DNA of 57,482 nucleotides, filler included, from Diploschistes diacapsis (GCA_023645945.1; 4 parts of 4 records of this genome joined end to end with filler, not necessarily neighbours in it); one strand, 5' to 3'; shown: positions 36,235-49,572, counted from the first letter of the whole stretch. Numbers and translations: made by a program. The notes: a model not told the origin generated them from the sequence alone.

Positions 36235-39041
36235 TCAAACATGTCTCGGCCCCTCTCCAATTCCAGGACTTTCCCTCTCCGCCAGCCTCAAGGCCTCTTC
36301 TACCCCCCTCGCGAACCCTTCTCCCCCGCCACAAGACTCCACGATCCCGGACTTCTCAAACATCTGCATGACCTTCCCGGCCGGCCCGCCGGGCACTCTG
36401 CAGAAGAACACTCTGCTTCCCCTATTTACGTACCCCTCCACGATCTCGCCTAGGACCTGTACCCCACTCGCGTCTATACTTGTCACTCCATGTACGTCGA
36501 ATACCACGTTCCGCATGTGCTCCTCGCTCCTTACTCTAGGCAGTGCGGGATGCGCAGCCGTGGTGCCGTAGAGTTCCAGACGCCTCAAGCGGCTTCGCAA
36601 GTCGCCCGTGTTGGCGAATGTCAGTGGCTCCGGTATCTTAACAATTAGTGCGCCAGGCACAAGTTCGACGCCGTGGCCTCGCTGTGTGTTCGCGAAGCCC
36701 ACGGGATTCTCCTCTGCATTCTTAAACTGATCTCTTGTTCCTGGCACACGTCCGAGGATTTGAATTCGAGGCTTAGTGGCGTGACGGATGACCCGCAAGA
36801 GACTAAGGCCCATGCCAAGGGCTATGCCGAGGGAAAGTGAGTAGAACATAGTCGCAGCAAAGATGAGGAACATAAGTCCTAGCTCAGAGTATCCTCTCAC
36901 GCGTATGAAGAAGCGGATGTCGTGCGGGCACTCCTCAACCAAGGAGTAGGCGACTACGGACACCATGGCGGACAAAACGCCCTTGGGCAGATAGTAGAAG
37001 TATGGAACAAGGTAAAGGACCGAGACGATGGTGAAAAAGGATAGCAAAATACTGGACATTGGCGTGCGGCCACCAGTCGAAGCGTTGACTTTACTACGGC
37101 CATAGCCGCCAAATGCTGGAAGAGCCATAAAACAGCCACCAACCAAGTTTGCGACACCAAGAGCAACGAGCTCACGGTTGGCGGATAGCGACATTCCTTG
37201 GATAGCAAGCTCGCCGTTCTTGCCGCCGTCGCCGACGCCAAGGGATTTCGCGGCAACGGAGGACTCGAAGAAGCCGAGGAGGGCGATAAGAAACGAGGTG
37301 GACATGGCTTCGCGGATATGGGTCATGTGCTGAGGGATGAAGGGCCAATGGAAAGGAAAGGCGGAACCTGTGCTGGATTTGACTTCACCAAGAATATCAA
37401 GGCCTTCTTCGTGCCAGCGGAAGAGGTATGTGAAGACAGCAGAGAGAACGACAACGACGAATCGATCGGGGATGTAGACAACCGAGGGCATACGACGCTC
37501 TAGGCGCTTTTTGAAGGTTCTAGAAGAAGTCAATAAGCGAAACGCATTCAGGCGACAATGAGATAGTGACAATACAGCAGCCGTAGTATTGGAAGAGTAG
37601 GATGTGACGCACCTGAAGGACATGATAATCGCAAAACTACTAAAGCTTACCCAGCACGTGAGAGCATGTGCTTGCCCAATGTTCCTAAGGATGAACACGA
37701 GTTTCTGCATGCTACTACCGTGATCAAGCCCTTGCTTCTTTTGTAATTCGACCAATCCCATCTCCGGTACCAATTGATCAATGAAGATGACAAAACCGAT
37801 AGCACTAATGAAACCTCGAAGGAACGGTCGACTGAGGACACTATCAAGAAATCCAAGCCGCGCCAGTCCCGCACCCAAGATTATAGCACCAGCCATGCCA
37901 GTAACAACGCCAGCAATACGAGCATGTAGTACGTCGTCGTTTTCGTAGGCAGAGCCCTTGTCAACGGAACTTCGCACAACACTACCCAGCAGGAGAGAGC
38001 CAGCTGCTTCGGGCCCGACTACCATCTGAGGACAGGTGCCTAAGAAGGCGTAGATGAGGGGGTTAAAGACAAAAGAGTAAAGACCATTTATCGGAGGAAT
38101 GTGACCCAGATTGGAGGCATAGGACAAGGACATAGGGATATAGAAGGAAGCCATGGTGACGGCCGCGATCACATCGCCCTTCAAGAAAGCAAGGCGATAC
38201 TGGCTTGTCCCTGGAACGGGTCAGCCGGTTGCGTGCATATCTGCTACAGGTGGTCCAACTCACAGTTCAGAAAAGGTATATAGTAAGATATGTACATCCT
38301 CCTTTTGCCCTTGATCCCGTGGGCCTCAGTAAGCCACCTCGTTGTGCTCATTGGTTTTCCATTGCCATAGCTCCTCCAACCCATCCAGCTTTCCAAGCGA
38401 CCCATCTTCGGACGAGTATTTCTTCCCCCAAACAAGCCATCTCCTAGAAGAGGCTGCCTTGTGTTGCCCCTTTCTCCACTATCCTCATCTTGATCTCTAT
38501 AGCGACCTTCATACTCGCCGCTATCTCGTCCTGCGAAGCTCTCGGCGCGAGGAGAGAAGGTGCCATGGCTGCACATTGAATGTCCGCAATCTGGGTCCTT
38601 GTGGTTGTAGTTCTCCAGTAGTCTCGTGCTTGCATCTGCTGCCGTATGGGGGTGCTCTTCGACAATCTGACCGTGCACGCGAGTCGCTTCATGATCCTCA
38701 GCTGTATCGCCTCCATTACGTAGTTGAGGATGTATGCCATCAGGCTCAAAGTCTACCGGATGACTTGAAGAACGCAATGGCGAGTCTTGTATTGGGGAGT
38801 ATCCCTGCGGCGGAGAGCTCGAGAGGCTGGTGTAATGGTGAATATTGGTTGCTGTGGTAGGGGACGAGCCTGGCGCATGGGACTGTCGGAGACGGGAAGG
38901 GGTTTGAGGCGCATGAGAAGGGCCCTGAGGGGTAGATGGAACAGGCGTAGAGGAGGTCGAGACAGCCGAGTTGCGAGAGGAGTTACGAGAATGAGGCTTG
39001 TTGGCAGCTTTGGAGCCCTCTGGAGGTCCCCGGCCTGACAT
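36235..39041 (-). CDS. SLC26/SulP sulfate-type anion permease with STAS domain (YPR003C-like)
   Basis: Disordered N-terminus, YYIPFLN|WTSQY..LKGDVIAA, PMSLSYASNL, GPEAAGS, NRELVALG, PAFGGYGRSKVN, EPLTFANTGDL and FDVHGVTSIDASG. Confidence 0.92.
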
Positions 39042-40284
39042 CGTACAAATATGTTTTGTCACCGACCTTTGGAAAGCTGAGGAACTGAGGCAATCATTGT
39101 AGCACCTTTTCTAAGTTATATACGAATATAATACCTGCTGTAGTTTCTGTCTGTGAACTTTACCAAGAGGAAAGTCATGCGGTAGGGATTCTTGAGATTT
39201 CCACAAAGATCAGCGTTGCAGTGGTGGTGGTGACTTTAACGGTCAAACTTCTATTTCGTGACCCTCTTGTCCTTTTTCTCCCAAACGTCATGCTTCACCA
39301 CCACCTGATTGCACTTCAGCTGCAGTACAATGTGATTGGTAACAGGCGGCCTTATGGGCATCAATGCAGCCAAGTATAGACAGGAGTGCATATAGACACC
39401 TTCAGCGCTTCAACTCTTTTCAAGATCCCGTGCTAACGCTACATTAGTAAGGTCTGCAGGCATATTATTATAGAAAGGACCTCATATCGGATACTATCGC
39501 TACGAGATTTATATGGCAGTTCCTTTCGGTAGAACCGTCAAGGCTATGTTCGCCCAGTCTAAAAGTTTCAGAACGAGCTCTGTCTGCAGATAACAAGTAT
39601 GATTTTGGGTATCTGTCAATCCAACGTATCAGACACCGCCAGGCTTCAACGACAGAGTTGCAAAGCTTTGCATTACTTGGTTCAATCTCCTTTTAGAGGT
39701 AATTGTCTATATCTCCTTCACTTTTATGTTCCTTGGCCTTCCGTATAGTATAGTGAGCTGCTTGTTTGATAATGAGAACAGCCTTTGGCCTCATGTTTAT
39801 CCCTTATGATTTTCGTTCCTTAAACGGAAGGCCCACAGTGATGTGCCAAATATTTGTCCATTGCTCGAGTAATGCTCCCTTTCTTCCTCGGTGTGTTCTG
39901 AGTTCATGTCTTTTGCGTAACGTTGACCCCAACAAGTGGTCATGGAAAGAAACCAATCCGGGCGTGCCTGTTAATTCGTGTTCTACTGGGACATGCATCT
40001 TCCCTTCTGCTGTAACACCGTGCTACCGAAACAAACATGAGATACACGTGCCAACATCTAGATTGCTTTATTACCTCCTGTTTGCCTTCATACAATTCCT
40101 GAGTGTTATCTCTTCTCTATCCACAACTATCAGAAAGACTCCAAAGTGCCTGAGTCTTAGGACATCTCCTGTGGGTTTATGCTAAGACATAGTAACAGTC
40201 TCTTGGATCTCAACTAGTATTGCATGTATGGCCTGCCCTGGATAGCCGATGTGCTTACCCAGCTGACAGAGCCCTTTAGTCATT

Positions 40285-42519
40285 ATGAAGATATTTCTGA
40301 CATTGAACGTCTTGCTTGGACAGTGTTTTGCTCTCAGGATTCCACAGCACATTTCACTCACTTGCGAGCCTGGCACAATTGCACACACTGAAGGCAAGAC
40401 TGGTTGCTTGAGAGGGCAAGTGTGCGTTGCACAAGACGTCTGCCAATCATCAAGGCACGATCCATACCTTGAGATCTTTTCCCGCCAAGCTGGATCAGTC
40501 CCTCGATCAGATGGTCGTTGTGGAAAGAATTTTGATGGATCGACATGCGATCCGAACGGAGCTTACGGAGGTTGCTGCTCAAACTACGGATATTGTGGGA
40601 GTACTCCCCAGCACTGTCTGCCTTCCAATGGCTGCCAGAGTGGCTGCACTGAACCCAGCACCACGCTGGCCAGCATCGCTTCCACAACTCAAGAACCCGT
40701 CATCAGTATTCCGTCCAACACAGGATCAAGCAGCGGCGGAGGAATAACGACAAACGGTACCTGCGGCGCTGCGTATGGCGGCACTACCTGCGGGGGCTGG
40801 CCTCAAGGATCCTGCTGCTCCATGTACGGCTTCTGTGGCAACACTACCGCACATTGTGGGCAAGGCTGCCAAAGTGGCCCTTGTACCGGCCCACCTCTGG
40901 CTCCTGCTCCTGGGCCCTCTCCTGCTCCTCCAGCCCCAATCCCCGGAAACCTCTCCATTGTTGGTCATTCCGGTGTTCCAGCGATGCATGCCGGCCTGAT
41001 GGAGAACGGGCGCGTCTTCTTCCTTGACAAAGTCGAAAATTACACACAGCTTAACCTGTCTGACGGACAGTACGCTTATTCTGCAGAGTACGACCCCCTG
41101 GCAAACACGGTTGTGCCCTTGCAGTACAAAACCAACGCCTTTTGCTCCGGTGGCTCCTTTCTACCGGACGGGCGCGTGATATCTGTTGGGGGCAACGCGC
41201 CTCTATCCTTCATCGACCCCACAGTCGGCGATGGATTCCAAGGGATTCGCTACCTCCAACGCTCTGTCACTGATGCCTCATTGGATGGCCAGTCCTGGTC
41301 CGAGCCAGGGAACCAGCTGAACACAGCTCGCTGGTACGCCTCTGTGGCATCCCTCGCGGACGGCACACAGTTCGTCGCCTCTGGCTCGCTGAATGGCCTC
41401 GACCCCACGGTTGCCGCGAACAATAATCCGACTTGGGAGCTCCTGGATCGCAATGGAATTAGCAACAATATCTCCACCGCCCTCGATATCCTCGTCAAAA
41501 ATCAGCCGTACTATATGTACCCTTTCCTCCACCTGCTTCCTAGCGGTGACTTGTTCGTCTTCGTCTCCAAATCTGGAGAGCTCTTCTCTCCATCCACCAA
41601 TCTTACCACATCTGCCTTACCTGATCTACCGGGCGACTATCGCACCTATCCCAACACCGGCGGATCCGTTCTCCTCCCTCTTTCCTCATCCAACAACTAC
41701 ACCCCCGAAGTAGTCATTTGCGGCGGCGGCGCTTATCAAGATATCACCTCGCCCACGGACCCCTCCTGCGGACGCATATCTCCCATCTCACCCAATCCGT
41801 CCTGGGAAATGGACTCGATGCCCAGCGGCAGGGGTATGGGCGAAGCCACGCTCCTCCCGGACGGCACAGTCCTCTGGGTCAACGGGTGCGGGCAGGGTGC
41901 TCAAGGCTTTGGCCTCGCCGCGGACCCCACTTACACCGCGCTATTCTACAACGGCTCCCAGCCATTGGGGCAGCGGTGGCAGACAGGCGCCACATCGACC
42001 ATAGCCAGGCTATACCACTCTGTAGCATTGTTGCTACTGGACGGCACGCTCATGATCGCCGGCTCGAATCCCGTGCAGATGCCGGTGCTCACCCCCGTGC
42101 CGAATCAGGTTCCGAGCGAAGACTACGTTACGGAGTTTAGAGTGGAGATTTACACGCCGCCGTATCTTGTTGGAGAAAATGCAGATAAAAGGCCGGCCAA
42201 TGTATCCTTGTCCAGCACTGCGCTGAGTCCGAACCAGACGTTCAGCATCTCCTTTACCCTTGCATCGGGGACAGGAACAGGGACCAGCGGGAATGGGCTG
42301 AAGGTAGTGCTGTATCATGGGGGTTTCGTGACACATTCAGTGCACATGAATGCCAGGATGGTATATCTCGACTATAGTGGCTTTCAGGCTGGAGGAAATG
42401 ATCAGACGGTGAGTGTTACGATGCCACCAAGCTATGAAATTGCGCCGCCGATGCCGTATGTGGTTTTCGTCGTGGTTGATGGGGTGCCGGGGATCGGGCA
42501 GTTTGTGAAGGTGCAGTGA
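40285..42519 (+). CDS. Secreted AA5_1 copper radical oxidase (glyoxal oxidase-like) with two N-terminal CBM18/hevein domains
   Basis: Signal-like N-terminus and two CG..C..CCS.YG.CG....C..GCQSG modules. Catalytic motifs NAFCSGG, RWYAS, RLYHS and FVTHS supply the Cys-Tyr cofactor and Cu ligands. Confidence 0.92.
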   Translation: MKIFLTLNVLLGQCFALRIPQHISLTCEPGTIAHTEGKTGCLRGQVCVAQDVCQSSRHDPYLEIFSRQAGSVPRSDGRCGKNFDGSTCDPNGAYGGCCSNYGYCGSTPQHCLPSNGCQSGCTEPSTTLASIASTTQEPVISIPSNTGSSSGGGITTNGTCGAAYGGTTCGGWPQGSCCSMYGFCGNTTAHCGQGCQSGPCTGPPLAPAPGPSPAPPAPIPGNLSIVGHSGVPAMHAGLMENGRVFFLDKVENYTQLNLSDGQYAYSAEYDPLANTVVPLQYKTNAFCSGGSFLPDGRVISVGGNAPLSFIDPTVGDGFQGIRYLQRSVTDASLDGQSWSEPGNQLNTARWYASVASLADGTQFVASGSLNGLDPTVAANNNPTWELLDRNGISNNISTALDILVKNQPYYMYPFLHLLPSGDLFVFVSKSGELFSPSTNLTTSALPDLPGDYRTYPNTGGSVLLPLSSSNNYTPEVVICGGGAYQDITSPTDPSCGRISPISPNPSWEMDSMPSGRGMGEATLLPDGTVLWVNGCGQGAQGFGLAADPTYTALFYNGSQPLGQRWQTGATSTIARLYHSVALLLLDGTLMIAGSNPVQMPVLTPVPNQVPSEDYVTEFRVEIYTPPYLVGENADKRPANVSLSSTALSPNQTFSISFTLASGTGTGTSGNGLKVVLYHGGFVTHSVHMNARMVYLDYSGFQAGGNDQTVSVTMPPSYEIAPPMPYVVFVVVDGVPGIGQFVKVQ

Positions 42520-43119
42520 GAATGGGGGGAAAGCGATAGGGAAGTAGCTGGCACAAGAGTGATAGGGTTCAAACAAGGCTGTGGCTCCCTTATCTCTATT
42601 GGCGGGTGATAGATCTGCTAGCTTGAGCTGTAATGTGGACTCCATAGCAGAAAAATCTTGTCGATGCAGCAGCATATGATATTTAAAACTTTCCCTTCCC
42701 AATTTTTATGGGCGGAATAGCTGAAGACAAAAGCCTGACAGAGCCCGACATGTAAATTATCCAATTGTTTGTATTGTCAATCGTGGGCTGTCTAGATCGT
42801 TGGAGTCCTTCTCGTGCTTCTTTCATATATCTCACACATACAGATTCAAATCTTTTTGAAAGGTAGAACAACTAAAGCCTAGCCACCGCAGTCCCAGTCA
42901 TGGTCACGGTGGAGTATCGACCACAAACTTGGCTGCTGTCCAACCTAGAGCTTGATCCATCTGCTCTGACAGCACCACCTTACGAATCAGGTGATCGCCG
43001 CCCTCATTCTTCATTTCCCCTTCTACTTCTCCTTCTCTCCCCCACCTTCATCCCCATCCTTGTCGCCTTCGCCTTCTTCAACCTGCAACCGTTGCTGCCT
43101 CTCCTTCCTGCCCTTATTG

Positions 43120-43219
43120 NNNNNNNNNNNNNNNNNNNNNNNNNNNNNNNNNNNNNNNNNNNNTTAATTAATTAANNNNNNNNNNNNNNNNNNNNNNNNN
43201 NNNNNNNNNNNNNNNNNNN
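43120..43219. other. Artificial contig-joining linker
   Basis: N44-TTAATTAATTAA-N44. Confidence 0.98.
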
Positions 43220-43339
43220 GCCTAATCTGGAAGGATCACGTGTAGCTGCAATCTGTAGGCTGAATGGTTCAGATTCGAAAAGGTGAAGAAGGAACTATCT
43301 AGGTGGGAGCAGGGCACATATAAATACTGGGTGCCAGCC

Positions 43340-44000
43340 CTACTGCCCTACGGGGTTCAACCCTTGAACCCACAAACGATCAGGATGTTCCAAGATTCGC
43401 GAGTTTCAGAATACTCGTCAACGTTAACGTGTCCGCGATAACATTTTACGATTTTGATATTATATTTAACATTATGATTTAGTATAATTTAAGAAGTCTA
43501 TTAAGATTTCGAAAAGTTTTTAAAGGAGTCCGGGTTGAGCTTATATATATTATTTTAAAGAAGGACGGTAAGTTATATTTACGTGTAAATTTTAACCGGC
43601 GGTCTAGCCGAACCGGCCCTATCAGGCGGCTCGAAAGGCGGGGGAAAAAAAGGTTAGAAACAAAGGTAAGGGCGGAGGGGCAGGTCCAGGTCTAGGTGGA
43701 GACGGCGAAGGGCGGTATATATCTATATACGATTGGTTTAGGACTTATGAGTGACTCTTTTATTTCAAGGGTTAAGCTTATACTGCTTATAGATAACGGA
43801 ATCGAAGTCAATAATCCAGCTTTGTCGGTCCTTGGCGTGAGAATTTCATAAAGATTAAGCTATGTTCTAGTATATAGTGTTACAGGATTGAGCCTGGGCA
43901 GCCCGCTCGCTCCAAGTTGAGCGGCGATTAAATTGCGTAAATGCTTTAACTAAGTTTACGATTAATTTTACCTTACGTAAACGTGAGTGCACGGCCCCTC
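43340..44000 (+). mobile_element. Possible RIP-degraded Ty3/Gypsy retroelement relic
   Basis: AT/TpA-rich block. 43558-43593 translates KKDGKLYLRVNF, resembling RT KKDGxLRLCVDY. An LTR-like TGTTACAGG occurs at 43878. Confidence 0.35.
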
Positions 44001-44597
44001 TACCCGCTTCTTTTTTCACTTATTCTATGGCTCGCTGCCCGATATCAACAAAGTGAAGGGTTGTATGGAGAGCCTCTCAGCTTTCAGCGGAACTCAACGG
44101 CCCTGAAATGAAGCGGCCTTTTAGCACTGGAGAGCCCGCTCGTAAAGCTATCATTTCGTGCGCTTATAGAAAGCGGCAGCGACATTTTGAATGGAAAATG
44201 CTGTCCTTTGATCCGCTGACTCAGCGGGAACTATTACTTAGCACTAGCAAGATAACGTCTTTCCCCAGGAAACGGAACACCCCACGAAGCGGAACACGAC
44301 ATTATAATGTAATTACGCTGGATAGTTATAAGCGAGCTTTTGAGCCCTACAACCACACATAAAATTATTTGTACGAAACTAAATCTGTTTTCAACTACAT
44401 TATACGAAGATGCAGGGATTGTGTTCCGCTTCGTGGGGTGTTCCGTTTCCTGGGGAAAGACGTTAGGGAAATAGGTAGCTCCACAAAGAGACATATAATC
44501 ATTCACATCAACTGCTAGTAGGTCCTACAAGATTCTCTTCCCGAGACGAACAAAGATTAGCCATGAATATTACAACACTCGGGAAGCACCAAACACA

Positions 44598-46256
44598 ATG
44601 TTCGCTCTTCTCGAATTCCCTTCAGAGATTCTAGACCACGTCTTCTCCTTCCTCTCCCCAGTTTCACTTGGCCGGATAGCGTCCACATGCAGAACTATCA
44701 ATCATCATGTCAACAACGACCTGTACTGGCGCAAGCTTCTACAAGACATCGTCGCATCTCCCGCCCCTTACGCCACCTGGAAAGATCTCTACGTCGCCCA
44801 CTACCCTTACTGGTTCCTCCCCCAGCAGAAGATATGGTTCTCCGACAAGGCCACGATCGGCAACTCCCTCATAGGCCAGCTAATACTCGCCCGCTACGAT
44901 GGCCGAACCGGCAACATCGAAGGCTATCGTCTCGTGGCTGAGCATCCATCCAGTGACGTCCTTCACCACTGGAAGTACGACACAGATGTGCTCATCCACG
45001 AATTTCATCCCAAGGTACACCTCTTCCTTGATGATCCAATCCTCAAACTCGAAGCAGACGCCTACAGACATGATACTAGCCGTCTGAAGCAAGAGATTTC
45101 CATCTCCCCCGACGCTACCCGGAGAGCAGATGCTAATCGCGCCAGCATCTTCCCAGCCATACGTATCCCGCCGCGGCTGCAGGACCGGAGCATGCAGCTC
45201 TGGCCCCCTCAAACAATCCCAGCGACGGACCGCGTGCGCACCGAATCGTCCACTCTATTCATGGACGAGCAGCACAAACCTTCCACACCTTCCTTCTCAT
45301 CTCCTTCCTTTTCGGAGCATGGAGAAATGGCAACCACCGCGTTCCGCATACGGAAGTGGATGGCCTTCTTGAACATGTCCGAGCGACTCAGCCTCAGAAT
45401 GGCAGAGGACGTGATGACGTGGGCCACCCTCCCCGAATCCTGTTACGTGCCCACCACGACAAAACCGTATCAGGGAATCTGGGTGGGAGACTACAACGAC
45501 CACGGCTGCGAGTTCCTCGTCGTCATCCAGCGGACGCTCGAGGAGGCGCAGCGTATGGAGCCCGTTAGGACAGACGTGGTGAGAACGCAGGATATGTGGC
45601 TTGCTGCCGTTATAAACGGCGCCACAGACTCACAGACACCGGCGGTAACGACGAGTGCAAGTTCGTACGCAGCAGCGGTTTCGTGGTTCGCCGGAAGCGG
45701 CAGTGGAATAGAGGATGCCGAGAGGGAAGAGCCGGGCGAGACGGGCAGGTTGGATGCAATAAAGCTGACGGGAGATCCACACGTGCCAAGGGGGCAGCCG
45801 TCGTGGATCGCGGAGGACATAGGCCGCCGTGGAGAAGTCAGGGTTGCAGACGACGACGACTTCAGGGGGTCGAGGATCGTAAAGAGCCATGGGCACATTG
45901 CCGCACGAGGGTTCATGTCCGGTACGTACGCTTCACCCGGTTCTCCGAATGTACCGCTCTGGGCGGGAAGCGACGACGGTGACGAAGGTTCGAGGTTCGA
46001 GCAGGAGAGAGGGGGGGGAGCATATTCGGTGCTCATGGCTGACGTTGGCTCGCTTTCACAGATAAGTACATCCCGACGCAGCTGATCCTGATTTCGCACG
46101 ACACGCTGGCACAGTACTGGGAGGTGAGCCGTCCCCGAGGAGCTTCCGGGTGTTGTTGCCCGATGGCGCTGACTGAACTTGCCCGCGAATTAGCCAATGC
46201 AACATATCTCATACTTCAGGCGGGTGAACATCGAGGACTGCTTGCATATCGGGTGA
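44598..46256 (+). CDS. F-box protein, FBXO31-like (C-terminal DUF3506/cyclin-D1-binding type), 3 exons
   Basis: LLEFPSEILDHVFSFL (F-box), PYQGIWVGDYNDHGCEFL, LDAIKLTGDPHVPRG and GHIAARGF; spliced end DKYIPTQLILISHDTLAQYWE|PMQHISYFRRVNI. Confidence 0.85.
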
Positions 46257-47015
46257 AAAAAAAACGGCTGGGATTCGGGCATTCGGGGCATCGTCTGTAA
46301 CTTTTTTTACGGGGAAGAGGAATGCAATTCCTAAGTGACTGCTTGCATGTAAAGAGATACGACCCATTCACGAGGACAATTACCACGGACAAGCGGGGTG
46401 GATACGGGGGGGGACCACTTTTTGTATCGGATAGATCGGCCGGGGGATCGGGCGCAAGGGTAAAACATGATGCACGGTTATCATAAACGAGGATTGTAGG
46501 AGATCTCGAGCGACTACACATGAAAGCCCATAATGGAGAACGACTGAGATGAACAACGACGGCAGGCTTTAATCGCTTACATCTCCTCCCCCCCCCTACA
46601 TCAACAGCGACTATATGGCAGCTGAATCCGGGGACATTCCCCTAACAGAGTACACGTCTAGCTTATCGAACAACATTCTCGAATCAAAATATAGATAGAG
46701 AGCATCTGTCTCGCTGTTCAGGGCGCTTCGCGGTATGCATTATCGATAGCGATGTATTCTACCCGCAGCCTGCCAGACGCGGATATCGACCCGACGCACC
46801 TGTAAATGCAACCCAAACCCGCGCCGATGAAGATTATGCTTGCTTGGATGCAGTCCTGTCCTCCCCCACCGTTTACTATACAACCATAGCCTTTTCTGCG
46901 TGAGACGCGAAACCCCCCCGCTAAAATTAAATAATGCAGTCCAACAGAGCACACGTGTCGAAGCCAAACGAATTCCGATAATACGAAGAAGTAAAAGGAC
47001 GTTGGTTGGTCGGCG

Positions 47016-49572
47016 TTACTTTTTGTTTTTCTCCGCAATAGCCCTCTGGTGCTCGGCCACGAGTTCCTTCCTGCAGAAGTCGACGTGTCAGCACAGTCAT
47101 CAGCCACAAGAGCCAGAACCCCCCTCTCGTCTCCCTCTCGACGGGGGGAAAGGGAAGCAGGACTTACTGCAAATGCGGCGGCGCGGGCGCATAGTGGCTG
47201 AACTCCATGGTAAACTCGCCCTTGCCCTGCGTCGCGGCCCTCAGCTGTGTGGAGAAGCCGAACATGGCGTTCAGACTGCAGTCCGCGTAGATGGTGAAGT
47301 CCTCGGGCCCGATATCCGTCTCGTTGATGGTCGCGTTCCGCTTGTTCAGCAGCGCCACGATGTTCCCCTGGAACTCGTTGGGCGCGACGATGGACGTCTT
47401 CATCAGGGGTTCCAGCACCTGGGGCCGGGCGAGCGGGAAGGTCTTGCGCACGGCCTGCTGCGTGGCGATCTTGAAGGCCATGTCCGACGAGTCGGTCATG
47501 TGGGTCGCGCCGTCGGTGATGACCATCTTCGTGCCGAGCACCTTGTGGCCCACCAGCGGGCCCTTCTTGCAGGACTCGAAGAAGCCCTTGCGGCAGGAAT
47601 CGAGGAACTTCTCCGAAATGTTGCCCCCGCTGACCAGGTCTTCGAATTCGTTCTCCGTCAGGCTGCCCGTGGGCTCCATGTGGCCTATCACGCGAGCGTA
47701 GTCGCCGGCACCGCCGGTCTGCTTTTTGAACAGGTGGTCGAAGGGGACCTTTTCTGTGAGGGTCTCGCGGTAGGCTACCTCCGGTTGGCCGATCTCGCAG
47801 TCTACCTTGTACTCGCGGCGCATGCGCTCAACGTAAATGTCGAGATGCAGCTCGCCCATGCCGGAGATGATGGTCTGTTGGGATTCGTTGTCGACATGCA
47901 CGCGGAAGGTTGGATCTTCGCGCTGGAAGCGGTTGATGGCTTTCGAGAAGTTGGCCGTGTCTCTGTTGTTCTTGGGTTTGATGGACAGTGAGATGACGGC
48001 TTCGGGGACAAACATCGAGGTCATTGTGTAGTCGAGGGCACCATCAGTGAAGGTGTCGCCGGATGAGCAATCGACGCCGAAGACGGCGCAGATCTCACCA
48101 GCGCCAATTTCTTGGACTTCTTCCATTTCGTTGGAGTGCATCCGTACTATCCGAGGTATTCTGACTTTCTTGTTGGTTTTTGCGTTGAAAAGAATCTGGC
48201 TCTTCCTGAGCGTTCCTTGATAAACACGGATGTAGGTAAGCTGTCCGAAATTACTTTCTTCCAACTTGAATGCCAGCCCAACAAATGGCGCAGAGTTGTA
48301 TGGGACGAGTTTAGCAGGTGCTTCTTCCCGCTTCCGATCTAAAGCCATATTTTCGACTTCGGACGGGTTGGGCAGGTAATCGCATACGGCATCCAGCATC
48401 GGTTGGACAGAAGTATCACCCAAAGCCGATCCCATAAGAACAGGGGTGAACTTGAGTGAGATCGTAGCTCGCCGAATAGCAGCCTTTATCTGCTCCTGTG
48501 TCGGCGTCCGCTCGTCGAGGAAGATCTCTGCCATTTCGTCGTCAACATCCGCCAAAGTCTCAATTAATCTGGCCCTCCGCTCAGCTGCGAGTTGTTTTAC
48601 TGACTCAGGTATTATATCTGACTCTTTAACGATAGTGCCTCGGGGCCCTTCATTGTAAATGGCCTTCATTCGGACCAGGTCTACAACGCCTTTGAAATTA
48701 TCTTCAGATCCAATCGGAACTTGTATGGCCGCCGCAGCAATTCGTAATTTCGTGTTAATCTGGTCTATGGCCTTCAGCGGATTTGCGCCCATACGATCCA
48801 TTTTGTTAATAAACGACAATCGAGGGACGTTGTACCGCTTCATTTGCCGGTGCACTGTGATTGTTTGCGATTGAACCCCTGATACAGCGCAGAGAATCAT
48901 AACAGCACCGTCGAGGACACGAAGCGCTCGCTCGACCTCAATCGTGAAATCAATATGCCCCGGCGTATCAATCAGGTTGATGTGGTACTTCTGGTCCTTC
49001 CCATTCTCTTTCTTGACCCAGTCGCAGAATGTAGCAGCGGACTGGATAGTAATTCCTCTTTCCCTCTCCAGCTCCATCGAGTCCATCTTTGCGCCGACAG
49101 CATCCTTGCCCTTGATTTCATGTATCGCTTTGATTCGCCCAGTGTAGAAGAGAACTCGCTCCGTTGCCGTCGTTTTGCCGCTATCGATATGCGCCTGCTA
49201 CTCTCAGTACGGTAAGATGGGAGAGGATGCACCTCGTCTTACGGCAATGCCAATATTCCGCACTCGCGAAAGGCGCTGTGCTTCCTCAGCCGACATATGC
49301 TCGATGATGGTCGCTTGCGCTAGGCTCTCGGGCTCTGCGGCTTGTTCGAGCCTATAGTCGTCAGTATAATATTGGGATATGAAGCAAAGCGCCTACACAG
49401 CGGCTGCCGCTCCGGATTGGTATCTTCGAGGTTGCCATCGTGCATCGAGTGACCGGCGTTGTGATTGCAAAGGCCGCAGAGCAGCAAATCGTCTACTAGC
49501 TTGTGCGTCGACAACAATATTTCTCGACAGGCGCGGCGCTCTTCGTAGAGCTCCAAATGTACCTCTTTGCAT
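47016..49572 (-). CDS. MEF1: Mitochondrial elongation factor G1, 4 exons
   Basis: Arg-rich presequence, [39 protein letters not shown] and TQGKGEF; last exon [12 protein letters not shown]. Confidence 0.96.

Noticed and set aside
42990..43119. Purine-rich minus-strand tail as the 3' end of another gene
   Set aside because: Plausible given the skew pattern, but too short and truncated to identify.
14365..43175. Three regularly spaced TTAATTAATTAA palindromes (PacI-like) as a biological repeat
   Set aside because: Each is embedded in 44-N runs and is an artificial six-frame-stop linker.
46840..47991. 383-aa plus-strand ORF
   Set aside because: Antisense shadow of the GC3-rich EF-G coding region; no motifs.
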